In this document: positions 48,714-58,443 of the stretch, one piece after another
Numbering within the stretch: position 1 is the stretch's first letter
How the letters are laid out: the number at the start of each line of letters is the position of its first letter
Source: Candidatus Poribacteria bacterium
Lineage (GTDB): Bacteria; Poribacteria; WGA-4E; WGA-3G
Direction: 5' to 3'
NCBI GenBank assembly: GCA_965205015.1
Contig: OZ242029.1
Span: forward strand, 4,832,001 to 4,896,000
Length of the DNA: 64,000 nucleotides
Translations under genes and position numbers: made by a program
The notes under the pieces: model-generated
The model's database searches: none
Seen by the model: only the letters and a program-made list of their open reading frames with translations
Told to the model about the DNA's origin: nothing

Positions 48714-49598
48714 ATGGCACTTGATGTCCGAGATGCACGATTAACGGATCTGATCGATCCGGAGGCAGCCGTTGAGCAAATAGCAACAGGCTGCCAATTC
48801 ACCGAGGGACCCCTCTGGCACGCCACAGAGCAGTTTCTGCTTTTTAGCGATATTCCGGCAAACAAGATGCGGAGATGGGATGCCGACTCTGGAATGACTG
48901 TTTTTCGTGAACCCTCCGGTAAGTCAAACGGCTTGACTTACGACAAAGGTGGACACCTCATCGCCTGTGAACACGCAAACCGACGGGTCTCAAGAACAAC
49001 AGCAGATGGGCACGTCATCACAATCGCATCACACTATCAAGGCAAACGTTTGAACAGTCCGAACGATGTCGTCGTGAAATCCGATGGAAGCATCTATTTC
49101 ACCGATCCACCCTACGGGCTCAGCGCAGCCTACGGCGTTGAATCGGAGAAAGAACTCGACTTCCAAGGTGTCTATCGTCTCTCTCCAAATGGTGAGACCT
49201 TGACCCTTCTCGTCGATGACTTTGACAGACCCAACGGTATCTGCTTTGCACCGGACGAGTCGATCCTCTACATTAACGACACCGAACGGATGCATGTGCG
49301 CGCTTTTGATGTGCACTCCGACGGCACCCTCACAAACGACCGCATCTTCGGTGAAGAGGAAGGGGATACTGGAAAACCGGACGGGATGAAAGCCGATATA
49401 CAGGGAAACGTTTATTTAACAGGTCCCGATGGTATTTGGGTCTTCGCACCGGACGGAACACATCTCGGAATTATTCTCGTGCCTGAGCGCGCCGCGAACT
49501 TAGCGTGGGGTGGAGATGACTGGAAAACCCTTTTCATCACGGCGAGTACCTCCGTTTATCGCATAGCATGCAAAGCAGTAGGGGTCGCAGTCCCATAG
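48714..49598 (+). CDS. SMP-30/gluconolactonase family protein
   Basis: FTEGPLW, LNSPND, PNGI and PDGM motifs; SD AAGGA. Confidence 0.92.
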   Translation: MALDVRDARLTDLIDPEAAVEQIATGCQFTEGPLWHATEQFLLFSDIPANKMRRWDADSGMTVFREPSGKSNGLTYDKGGHLIACEHANRRVSRTTADGHVITIASHYQGKRLNSPNDVVVKSDGSIYFTDPPYGLSAAYGVESEKELDFQGVYRLSPNGETLTLLVDDFDRPNGICFAPDESILYINDTERMHVRAFDVHSDGTLTNDRIFGEEEGDTGKPDGMKADIQGNVYLTGPDGIWVFAPDGTHLGIILVPERAANLAWGGDDWKTLFITASTSVYRIACKAVGVAVP

Positions 49599-49603
49599 TC
49601 CCC

Positions 49604-50035
49604 ATGAAAGTTAATATCAAACGCATCGACAAGACACTTCCGTTGCCGAAATATGAAACCCCGGGTTCCGTCGGTTTCGATCTAATTTGTCGAGAATCGG
49701 CAGAGATCGCCCCACACACCATCGTCCTGATCCCCGCGAACGTTATTGTCGAAACACCGCCGGGTTATATGCTGATGGTATGTTCGCGAAGTAGCACACC
49801 GCGCAAATTCGGCTTGATGGTGCCCCAAGGCGTAGGTATCGTCGATAACGACTATTGTGGTGAAGCGGATGAATTGCAAATTCAGGTTTATAATTTCACA
49901 GATAGCGTTGTTAAGGTTGAAAGAGGGAGTCGCATCGCACAAGCCATTTTCGTGCGTGTAGACACAGCAGCGTGGAATGAGGTCGAACAGATGTCTGCTG
50001 CCTCCAGAGGTGGATTCGGTAGCACAGATCGGTAG
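49604..50035 (+). CDS. dut: Trimeric dUTPase
   Basis: GFDL, SRSS, GIVDNDYCG, RIAQ and RGGFGST motifs. Confidence 0.92.
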   Translation: MKVNIKRIDKTLPLPKYETPGSVGFDLICRESAEIAPHTIVLIPANVIVETPPGYMLMVCSRSSTPRKFGLMVPQGVGIVDNDYCGEADELQIQVYNFTDSVVKVERGSRIAQAIFVRVDTAAWNEVEQMSAASRGGFGSTDR

Positions 50036-50171
50036 GACCTACGCGACTCTCTGGTAGTACCTGTCACCGAACCAACAGAAACCTTGCCTCTATGTCCGTA
50101 TGCCCGACCGTACAGCACCCGGACAAAAACCTATATCTGCGGTAAGAAATAAAAAAACAAGGAGACTCTTT

Positions 50172-52679
50172 ATGAAATCGACATCTGTTTTCGTTGCTTT
50201 TTGGCTGGTGCTTATTTGTGCCCTAACAAGTTTCGCCCAAGATTACACCAAGTGGAATTTACCGGAGGGAGCGGTTGCCCGTCTCGGCAAAGGCAGTATA
50301 AATGAGATAGCGTATTCCCCGGATGGCGATCGGTTCGCGACAGCCGGTGGTGCTGGTATTTGGATATACGATGCGGATAGCGGTGAAGAATTAGCAATCC
50401 TCACAGGGGACTCGAAAGGGCTGGGCCTGAGCCTGAGCATTGCGTATAGTCCAGATGGGAAAACACTCGCAACGGGGAGTTCGGACGGCACCGTGCGTCT
50501 CTGGGACCCAAACACTGGCACTCTCAAAAACACACTCACTGAACGCATAGGCTATGTCTGGAGTGTCGCGTATAGTCCAGATGGGAAAACACTCGCAACG
50601 GGGAGTTCGGACAGCCCGGTGCGTCTCTGGGACCCAAACACTGGCACTCTCAAAAACACACTCACTGAACACACAAAAGGAGTCTCGAATGTAGCGTATA
50701 GTCCAGATGGGAAAACACTCGCAACGGGGAGTTCGGACGGCACCGTGCGTCTCTGGGACCCAAACACTGGCACTCTCAAAAACACACTCACTGAACACAA
50801 GTACTCTGCCCTGAGCGTAGCGTATAGTCCCGATGGCACTACCCTCGCAAGTGGGAGTACGGACAGCACCGTGCGTCTCTGGGATGCAAGGACAGGCACT
50901 CTCAAACATACACTCACTGGACGCACGGGCTGGATCTGGGTCCATAGTGTCGCGTATAGTCCAGATGGGAAAACACTCGCAACGGGGAGTTCGGACGGCA
51001 CCGTGCGTCTCTGGGACCCAAACACTGGCACTCTCAAAAACACACTCACTGGACGCATGGGCGCGTACTGTGATGACTTTAGTGTAGCGTATAGTCCCGA
51101 TGGCACCACCCTCGTAAGTGGGAGTACGGTCGACACTGTGCGTCTCTGGGACCCAAACACTGGCACTCTCAAAAACATACTCACCGGACATACGCCCTCT
51201 GTCCAGAGTGTCGCGTATAGTCCAGATGGGAAAACACTCGCAACGGGGAGTTCGGACAGCACCGTACGTCTCTGGAACACCACGACAGGCACCCTCCGAC
51301 AGACGCTCACTGGACACACTTGGGGGATCAAGAGCGTCGCGTATAGTCCAGATGGGAAAACACTCGCAACGGGGAGTTTGAACAGCACCGTGCTTCTATG
51401 GGATGCGACGACAGGCACCCTCAAAAACACACTCACTGGACACACGGACAGGGTCTTTAGTGTCGCGTATAGTCCAGATGGGAAAACACTCGCAACGGGG
51501 AGTTCGGACCACACTGTGCGTCTATGGGATGCGACGACAGGCACCCTCAAAAACACACTCACTGGACACACGGACGATGTCCGGAGTGTCGCGTATAGTC
51601 CAGATGGGAAAACACTCGCAACGGGGAGTTCGGACCACACTGTGCGTCTATGGGATGCGAGAACAGGTACGCTCAAACACGCACTCACTAGATACACGAC
51701 CGAAGTCTATAGCGTTGCGTATAGTCCGGATGGGAACGCACTCGTAACTGGGGGTTCGGACCGCACCGTGCGTCTATGGGATGTCACGACAGGAATCTCC
51801 AAATACGCCACTGGACACACGGACAATGTCCGGAGTGTAGCGTATAGTCCGGATGGGAACACACTCGCAACAGGGAGTTCGGACCATACCGTGCGTCTAT
51901 GGGATGTCACGACAGGTGCCCTCAAAAACACACTCACCGGACAGACGTACGTTTCAAGTGTAGCGTATAGTCCCGATGGAAACACCCTCGCAAGTGGGAG
52001 TTCGGACGGCACCGTGCTGCTGTGGCAACTCACACCCACTGAACCCACCGACGCACCCAAGCAACTTGCCGCCGACATCAACGCCGATGGACAGGTCAAT
52101 ATCCAAGACCTCGCGCTCGTCGCCACCGCATTCGGGCAGACGGGGGAAAATACGGCGGATGTCAACGCCGATGGGAAAGTTGATATCCAAGACCTCACGC
52201 TCGTCGCCGCCGCATTCGGAAACAGAAACGGTGCCCCCAAGGCATCGCACCCAGACTCCGCAAGCAGTGCCAATAGAGAACAGGTCCAGCACTGGCTCAC
52301 ACAGGCACGGCAATCTGCCCTCACCGATCCTGTTTCGCTCCGTGGCATTGCTGTGCTGGAGCAACTCCTCGCTGCCTTGACGCCTACAGAGACGGCACTC
52401 CTGCCGAACTATCCGAATCCGTTCAATCCGGAGACGTGGATCCCCTATCAACTCTCGAAACCTGCGGCGGTTACGGTGAGTATCTATACGGCGGATGGCA
52501 CGCGGGTCCGCGTTTTGGCGGTCGGGCATCAAGCGGCGGGGATGTATCAGCACCGCAGCCGGGCGGTGTATTGGGACGGCAGGAACACGCAAGGGGAGTC
52601 TGTGGCGAGTGGCGTCTATTTCTATACGTTGACCGCTGGCGATTTCACTGCGACTCGGAAGATGATCATACGAAAGTAG
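50172..52679 (+). CDS. Secreted WD40-repeat / dockerin / FlgD-T9SS-like-tail protein
   Basis: Signal peptide; about 14 near-identical ~126-nt WD40 units; DINADGQVNIQDL and a second loop; NYPNPFNPETW tail. Confidence 0.9.
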   Translation: MKSTSVFVAFWLVLICALTSFAQDYTKWNLPEGAVARLGKGSINEIAYSPDGDRFATAGGAGIWIYDADSGEELAILTGDSKGLGLSLSIAYSPDGKTLATGSSDGTVRLWDPNTGTLKNTLTERIGYVWSVAYSPDGKTLATGSSDSPVRLWDPNTGTLKNTLTEHTKGVSNVAYSPDGKTLATGSSDGTVRLWDPNTGTLKNTLTEHKYSALSVAYSPDGTTLASGSTDSTVRLWDARTGTLKHTLTGRTGWIWVHSVAYSPDGKTLATGSSDGTVRLWDPNTGTLKNTLTGRMGAYCDDFSVAYSPDGTTLVSGSTVDTVRLWDPNTGTLKNILTGHTPSVQSVAYSPDGKTLATGSSDSTVRLWNTTTGTLRQTLTGHTWGIKSVAYSPDGKTLATGSLNSTVLLWDATTGTLKNTLTGHTDRVFSVAYSPDGKTLATGSSDHTVRLWDATTGTLKNTLTGHTDDVRSVAYSPDGKTLATGSSDHTVRLWDARTGTLKHALTRYTTEVYSVAYSPDGNALVTGGSDRTVRLWDVTTGISKYATGHTDNVRSVAYSPDGNTLATGSSDHTVRLWDVTTGALKNTLTGQTYVSSVAYSPDGNTLASGSSDGTVLLWQLTPTEPTDAPKQLAADINADGQVNIQDLALVATAFGQTGENTADVNADGKVDIQDLTLVAAAFGNRNGAPKASHPDSASSANREQVQHWLTQARQSALTDPVSLRGIAVLEQLLAALTPTETALLPNYPNPFNPETWIPYQLSKPAAVTVSIYTADGTRVRVLAVGHQAAGMYQHRSRAVYWDGRNTQGESVASGVYFYTLTAGDFTATRKMIIRK

Positions 52680-52822
52680 CACTATTTCCAGAAGATTATA
52701 TCGCATTGGCGGACCGTCTCAAAGACTGCACAGGAGACCAACGGTCTCCTATGCTACAAAGCACTCGTTTGTGGAAGCATTTTCAATTGCGGTAAGAGAT
52801 AAAAAAACAAGGAGAATGTCTC

Positions 52823-55786
52823 ATGAAACCGACACCTGTTTTCGTTGCTTTTTGGCTGGTGCTTATCTGTGCCCTAACGAGTTTCGCCCAAGATTACACC
52901 ACGTCGAATTTACCGGAGGGAGCGATTGCCCGTCTCGGCAAAGGCGTTGTAAAGGAGATAGCGTATTCCCCGGATGGCGATCGGCTTGCGATAGTGAGTA
53001 GTGTAGGTATTTGGATATACGATGCGGGGAGCGGTGAAGAATTGGCACTCCTCACTGAACACAAGGAAGCGGTCAATAGTGTTGCGTATAGTCCCGATGG
53101 AAACACACTCGCAACGGGGGGTTCGGGCGATGTGCGTTTATGGGATGCGAAGACAGGCACGCTCCGACAGACGCTCACCGAACAAGGGGTCGAGGTCACA
53201 GATATTACGTATAGTCCCGATGGAAATACACTCGCAACGGGGGGTGTCTGGAACGAAGGGCATCTATGGGATGTGAAGACAGGCACACTCAAACATAAAC
53301 TCCCTGGAACCGTGGGCTGTATCGCCTCACATGTTGCGTATAGTCCCGATGGGAACACACTCGCAACGGGGCGTAGTGACGGCACCCTGCGTCTATGGGA
53401 TGCAGCGACAGGTACGCTCAAAAACACGCTCAAAAACACGCTCACTGAACACAAGGAGGCGGTCAATAGTGTTGCGTATAGTCCCGATGGGAATACACTC
53501 GCAACGGGGAATGAGGACGGCACCGTGCGTTTATGGGATGCAACCACAGGCACGCTTCGACAGACGCTCACTGGACGCATAGGCATAGTGAGTGGCTGGT
53601 ATCGTGGCATGGTCAATAGTGTTGCGTATAGTCCCGATGGGAACACACTCGCAACGGGGAGTGGGGACGGCACCGTGCGTTTATGGGATGCAACCACAGG
53701 CACGCTCAAAAACACGCTTACTGGACACACGGATTGGGTCAGTAGTGTTGCGTATAGTCTCGATGGAAACACACTCGCAACGGGGAGTACGAACGGCACC
53801 GTGCATTTATGGGATGCAACCACAGGCATACTCAAAAACACACTCACTGGACACACGAGTTATGTCTTTAGTGTTGCGTATAGTCTCGATGGAAACACAC
53901 TCGCAACGGGAGGTTCGCGCGATGTGCGTTTATGGGATGCAACCACAGGCACGCTCAAAAACACGCTCACTGGACACACGTATCAGGTCAGAAGTGTTGC
54001 GTATAGTCCCGATGGGAACACACTCGCAACGGGGAGTAGGGACGGCACCGTGCGTTTATGGGATGCAACCACAGGCACGCTCAAAAACACATTCACTGGA
54101 CACACGAGCGAGAGTGTTGCGTATAGTCCCGATGGGAACACACTCGCAACGGGGAGTGGGGACGGCACCGTGCTGCTGTGGGATGCAACCACAGGCACGC
54201 TCAAAAACACGCTCACTGGACACAAGGGGAATGCCCTTAGTGTTGCGTATAGTCCCGATGGGAATACACTCGTAAGTGGAGGTTTTGACAGCACTGTGCG
54301 TTTATGGGATGCAACCACAGGCATACTCAAAAACACACTTACTGGACACAAGGAGGGGGTCTATAGTGTTGCGTATAGTCCCGATGGGAACACACTCGCA
54401 ACGGGGAGTAGGGACGGCACCGTGCGTCTATGGGATGCAACCACAGGCACGCTCAAAAACACACTTACTGGAAACACGGATGGAGTCTTTAGTGTTGCGT
54501 ATAGTCCCGATGGGAACACACTCGCAAGTGGGGGGGACACCACCGTGCGTTTATGGAATGCAACCACAGGCACGCTCAAACACACGCTCACTGGAAACAC
54601 GAACGTAATCAAAAGTGTTGCGTATAGTCCCGATGGGAACACACTCGCAACGGCGGGTGCGAACGGCACCGTGCTGCTGTGGGATGTCACACCCTACAAC
54701 TCACAAACTTATTCGGTTGAAACAGATAGTCTCACAGAAGTACCTGAGGTGTCTGTCAACAGTGATGTTGCGCATGTGAGTCTCTCCGCTGCGTCGGTCT
54801 GGTCTGGCACTATAGGTGACCAACTGACGGTGAACGCTAACATCACAGAGGGTGTAGACGTGAGGGGGTATCAAATAGAACTCATTTTCGAGCGTGCAGC
54901 ACTGCGTTTTGTGTCAAGTGTGGATGGCGGGTATCTGCCGGCGGGTGCTTTCGTTGTGCCGCCCGTGGTGAATGGCAATCGGGTCACGTTTGGGGCGACA
55001 TCTCTACAAGCGAGTAGCGAAGGGGATGGGACGCTTGCGGCCTTCACGTTTGAAGCATTGACTGCCTCGCCTGCGCTGCCGACACTCTCCGATGTGAAAC
55101 TGGCCGACAGTGATGCCAACTTCTTAGCCGTGCGGATTGAGACCAAGACGGGAGAAGTCGGTCTTACCTCTCTTGCGGGAGACGTGAACGGTGATGGTGT
55201 GGTGAGTCTTGAGGATATGACTGTGGCTTCGGGGCGTCTGGGTCAGACAGGTGAGAACACAGCGGATATGAACAAGGATGGCGTAGTGGATGTGGCGGAT
55301 CTCCTGTTAGTTGCAGCAGCGATAGAAGCCGCGGCGGCTGCCCCGTCGCTGCATCCGGAGCGTATTGCTGAGATGTTCACTGCAACAGAGGTGCGTCAGT
55401 GGTTATCGCTTGCGCGGGCAGAAGGTCTCACAGGTGGGCGGTATCAGCGAGGGGTGCTGCTTCTGGAACACCTTCTTATGAGACTCACCCCGAAAGAGAC
55501 GTTGCTCTTAGCGAACTATCCGAATCCGTTCAATCCGGAGACGTGGATACCGTATCAGTTATCAGAGCCTGCGGATGTGTCTATTTTCATCTATGCTGCA
55601 GATGGACGTTTGGTTCGGATGCTGACGTTAGGGCATCAGTCTGCGGATATCTATGCGTCTCGGAGCCGTGCGGCGTATTGGGACGGCAGGAACACGCAAG
55701 GGGAGTCTGTGGCGAGTGGCGTCTATTTCTACACGTTGACTGCCGGCGATTTCACGGCAACCCGGAAGCTGTTGATACGAAAGTAA
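52823..55786 (+). CDS. Secreted WD40-repeat / cohesin / dockerin / FlgD-T9SS-like-tail protein
   Basis: About 14 WD40 units; VRGYQIELIFERAALRFV cohesin-like segment; dockerin loops; tail. Confidence 0.88.
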   Translation: MKPTPVFVAFWLVLICALTSFAQDYTTSNLPEGAIARLGKGVVKEIAYSPDGDRLAIVSSVGIWIYDAGSGEELALLTEHKEAVNSVAYSPDGNTLATGGSGDVRLWDAKTGTLRQTLTEQGVEVTDITYSPDGNTLATGGVWNEGHLWDVKTGTLKHKLPGTVGCIASHVAYSPDGNTLATGRSDGTLRLWDAATGTLKNTLKNTLTEHKEAVNSVAYSPDGNTLATGNEDGTVRLWDATTGTLRQTLTGRIGIVSGWYRGMVNSVAYSPDGNTLATGSGDGTVRLWDATTGTLKNTLTGHTDWVSSVAYSLDGNTLATGSTNGTVHLWDATTGILKNTLTGHTSYVFSVAYSLDGNTLATGGSRDVRLWDATTGTLKNTLTGHTYQVRSVAYSPDGNTLATGSRDGTVRLWDATTGTLKNTFTGHTSESVAYSPDGNTLATGSGDGTVLLWDATTGTLKNTLTGHKGNALSVAYSPDGNTLVSGGFDSTVRLWDATTGILKNTLTGHKEGVYSVAYSPDGNTLATGSRDGTVRLWDATTGTLKNTLTGNTDGVFSVAYSPDGNTLASGGDTTVRLWNATTGTLKHTLTGNTNVIKSVAYSPDGNTLATAGANGTVLLWDVTPYNSQTYSVETDSLTEVPEVSVNSDVAHVSLSAASVWSGTIGDQLTVNANITEGVDVRGYQIELIFERAALRFVSSVDGGYLPAGAFVVPPVVNGNRVTFGATSLQASSEGDGTLAAFTFEALTASPALPTLSDVKLADSDANFLAVRIETKTGEVGLTSLAGDVNGDGVVSLEDMTVASGRLGQTGENTADMNKDGVVDVADLLLVAAAIEAAAAAPSLHPERIAEMFTATEVRQWLSLARAEGLTGGRYQRGVLLLEHLLMRLTPKETLLLANYPNPFNPETWIPYQLSEPADVSIFIYAADGRLVRMLTLGHQSADIYASRSRAAYWDGRNTQGESVASGVYFYTLTAGDFTATRKLLIRK

Positions 55787-55957
55787 AATCATTTTTTGAG
55801 GAAGGATGGAAGCACAGGAAGACGACAAGGGACACCGTATCCGCTATCTTCCAACCTTCCATACTTCCAACTTTCTAACGGATTTGCCGATCAAAACCTA
55901 AATTTAATATTCAAACGTGCTTAAGGAAGGACCAGTTATTTAGGACAGCACGCAGCC

Positions 55958-56755
55958 ATGGAACAATATATAGACGGACTTCGACACGTATTCGATACCG
56001 GCATTGACCGCGAGGGTAGAAACGGGGTAACCCGCGCACTCTTCGGCATGCAAATGCGCTACAACATGGAAGACGGGTTTCCTGCCGTAACCACTAAAAA
56101 ACTCGCGTTCCGGTCAGTAAAAGCAGAACTTCTCGGTTTCCTGCGCGGCTACGATCACGTTGATCAGTTTCAAAAACTTGGGACACAAATTTGGGATGCC
56201 AACGCTGAGGCATGGGGACGCGAGGGTTATCTCGGACGCATATACGGCGTCCAATGGCGGAGATGGAAAACAGAAAATGGGACGATTGATCAGTTAGCCA
56301 AAATCATCGAACAACTTCAGACCCACCCGCATAGCCGCAAACATATTGTCACGGCATGGAACCCTGCGGAGTTAGATGAAATGGCATTGACACCCTGCCA
56401 CATGTGTTTCCAATTCGTTGTCGCAAACGGCAAGTTGTCGCTGCAGATGTATCAACCCAGTTGTGATATGTTCTTAGGGGTCCCGTTCAATATCGCCTCG
56501 TATGCGCTTCTCCTACACATGGTGGCACAGGTAACAGGCTTTACGCCTTATGAATTCATCCATACCTTAGGCGACGCGCACATCTATCACGAACATCTTG
56601 AAGCCGTCCAAACCCAATTAAAACGGAAACCGTATCCACTCCCGAAACTCGAACTGAATCCGAAGATCAAGTCAATCGACGCTTTCAAGATGCAGCACAT
56701 TCAATTGGTAGACTACCAACACCACGAGACTATTTACGCACCTATGATTGTGTAG
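55958..56755 (+). CDS. thyA: Thymidylate synthase (Pro at the conserved Arg)
   Basis: FPAVTTKKL, YGVQWR, ALTPCH, SCDMFLGVPFN and GDAHIY motifs. Confidence 0.93.
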   Translation: MEQYIDGLRHVFDTGIDREGRNGVTRALFGMQMRYNMEDGFPAVTTKKLAFRSVKAELLGFLRGYDHVDQFQKLGTQIWDANAEAWGREGYLGRIYGVQWRRWKTENGTIDQLAKIIEQLQTHPHSRKHIVTAWNPAELDEMALTPCHMCFQFVVANGKLSLQMYQPSCDMFLGVPFNIASYALLLHMVAQVTGFTPYEFIHTLGDAHIYHEHLEAVQTQLKRKPYPLPKLELNPKIKSIDAFKMQHIQLVDYQHHETIYAPMIV

Positions 56756-56780
56756 AATTCTCACAGTATTTAGGGAGAGA

Positions 56781-57284
56781 ATGAAACAGAAAAAGCAAAA
56801 CCAAGGCAATTCCGATCCCTCTCAACAGAACGGTAATTCCGCAATCTCAGACGAACTGACGCTGGCAGAGGAAGCCGGGTTCCTCATTCAAATCGCTTTT
56901 GAGGAATTTGAAGAGATTATCATCAATTACCCGCATCACGCCGCCTACTGCTTCGCATCAATCACGCGTCTGGCGGATACAACCGAGAACCTCTCACACT
57001 TCACACGACGGTTGGGCATGTGGCTCTGGATAGAAGTGCTTGCCTTTCAAACCGAAGAACCCCTGGATCTCACAGAATTCGTCGAACAGTTTGACGTCGA
57101 TGTGGAGACCATTGAGACCGGGATTAACGAGCTTGTAACTGCCGAAGAATTTAAGATTGAATGGGAACAGGAAAAACAGATCAAACTCGTACCGCGTATG
57201 GCAAAAGAGACAGTCATCCATTTTGCCGAGCGCGTCTTGAGTGGGATACGGGCAGGACAACAGGAGGAAGGAGTCGAGCCTTAA
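56781..57284 (+). CDS. Acidic hypothetical protein between thyA and folA
   Basis: SD GGGAG; ends 1 nt before the folA start. Confidence 0.65.
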   Translation: MKQKKQNQGNSDPSQQNGNSAISDELTLAEEAGFLIQIAFEEFEEIIINYPHHAAYCFASITRLADTTENLSHFTRRLGMWLWIEVLAFQTEEPLDLTEFVEQFDVDVETIETGINELVTAEEFKIEWEQEKQIKLVPRMAKETVIHFAERVLSGIRAGQQEEGVEP

Positions 57285-57285
57285 A

Positions 57286-57774
57286 ATGGTAGTTTCAATG
57301 ATCGCCGCAATGGATAAAAATAGACTCATCGGGAACGGACCGGATATCCCGTGGCAGATGCCGGTCGATCGACGGCACTTCCGTGATATGACAATTGGCA
57401 AACCCGTCGTTATGGGACGCAAGACCTTTGAAACCCTGAAACGTCCCCTCGGCAAGCGGCGCAACATTATTCTCACACGAAACAGGACTTACGCGGCACC
57501 GAAAGGGTGTAGCGTCGCACATTCGGTAGAAGAGATCCTTAAGCTTTGTGCGGGGACAGAGGAACTCATGATATGCGGCGGTGCGCCTATCTACGAAGCC
57601 TTTCTACCCCACGCCGATCGACTCTACCTCACGCAGATCCACGCCACATTCAAAGGCGACGTCTATTTTCCAGCGTTCGATATCGAGGCATGGCAAGAAG
57701 TAAAACGCATTGATGGTGAACCTGATGAGAAAAACCCTTATCCTTATAGCTTTGTGTTTTTAGAAAGAAAATAG
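57286..57774 (+). CDS. folA: Dihydrofolate reductase
   Basis: IPWQMPVD, VMGRKTF, ICGGAPIY and GDVYFP motifs. Confidence 0.93.
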   Translation: MVVSMIAAMDKNRLIGNGPDIPWQMPVDRRHFRDMTIGKPVVMGRKTFETLKRPLGKRRNIILTRNRTYAAPKGCSVAHSVEEILKLCAGTEELMICGGAPIYEAFLPHADRLYLTQIHATFKGDVYFPAFDIEAWQEVKRIDGEPDEKNPYPYSFVFLERK

Positions 57775-57784
57775 GAGAAGACCC

Positions 57785-58417
57785 TTGCTTAATTTGTGTA
57801 TGCTTTCCGGTTCTTTTGAGTACGACTCCGAGGAATCTTTGACGACCTTCAAAACGTTCGTTGAAAAACACTATCCGATCCAAGCAAATTTACTTATCTA
57901 CAATTCAGAAGATCACGATCCATCTTTAGCGGCGTTAGCGGATGCAGATGCGCTGTTGGTCTTCACACGCCGTCTCAATACAGAGGGAGCATCACTCAGG
58001 CAATTTCAAGCCTACTGCGAACAAGGCAAACCCCTTGTTGGTGTTAGGACAGCCAGTCACGCTTATCAAAACTGGTTGGAATTTGATAAAACTGTGCTCG
58101 GCGGCGACTATCAAGGTCATTATGGCGACGGTCCCCGCACTCAGGTGGAATTGATTGCTACAGAACACCCTATTCTGAACGGCATTCCAGCGTTTGACTG
58201 TTATGGCAGCCTTTACAAAAACCCATCCCTTCGCGACGATACCTCTCTACTGCTAATGGGACATACGGATGAACATTCAGAACCTGTCGCATGGACGCGT
58301 TTGCATAACGGCGGACGTATCTGTTATACTTCATTAGGGCACCAGAAAGATTTTGAAGTCGAACCCTTTTTACGGCTCCTCGCGCAAAGCATCTTGTGGG
58401 TAGCGGAACAGATATAG
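57785..58417 (+). CDS. ThuA-like (class I glutamine amidotransferase-like) domain protein
   Basis: GVRTASHAY, EPVAWTR and YTSLGH motifs. Confidence 0.8.
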   Translation: MLNLCMLSGSFEYDSEESLTTFKTFVEKHYPIQANLLIYNSEDHDPSLAALADADALLVFTRRLNTEGASLRQFQAYCEQGKPLVGVRTASHAYQNWLEFDKTVLGGDYQGHYGDGPRTQVELIATEHPILNGIPAFDCYGSLYKNPSLRDDTSLLLMGHTDEHSEPVAWTRLHNGGRICYTSLGHQKDFEVEPFLRLLAQSILWVAEQI

Positions 58418-58443
58418 GAAAAAATTCAAGGCATTTTGGAGAT

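Noticed and set aside
50430-54690. CRISPR-like repeat/spacer periodicity
   Set aside because: The units are in-frame ~126-nt WD40 coding repeats; there are no cas genes and the 'spacers' are mutually homologous.
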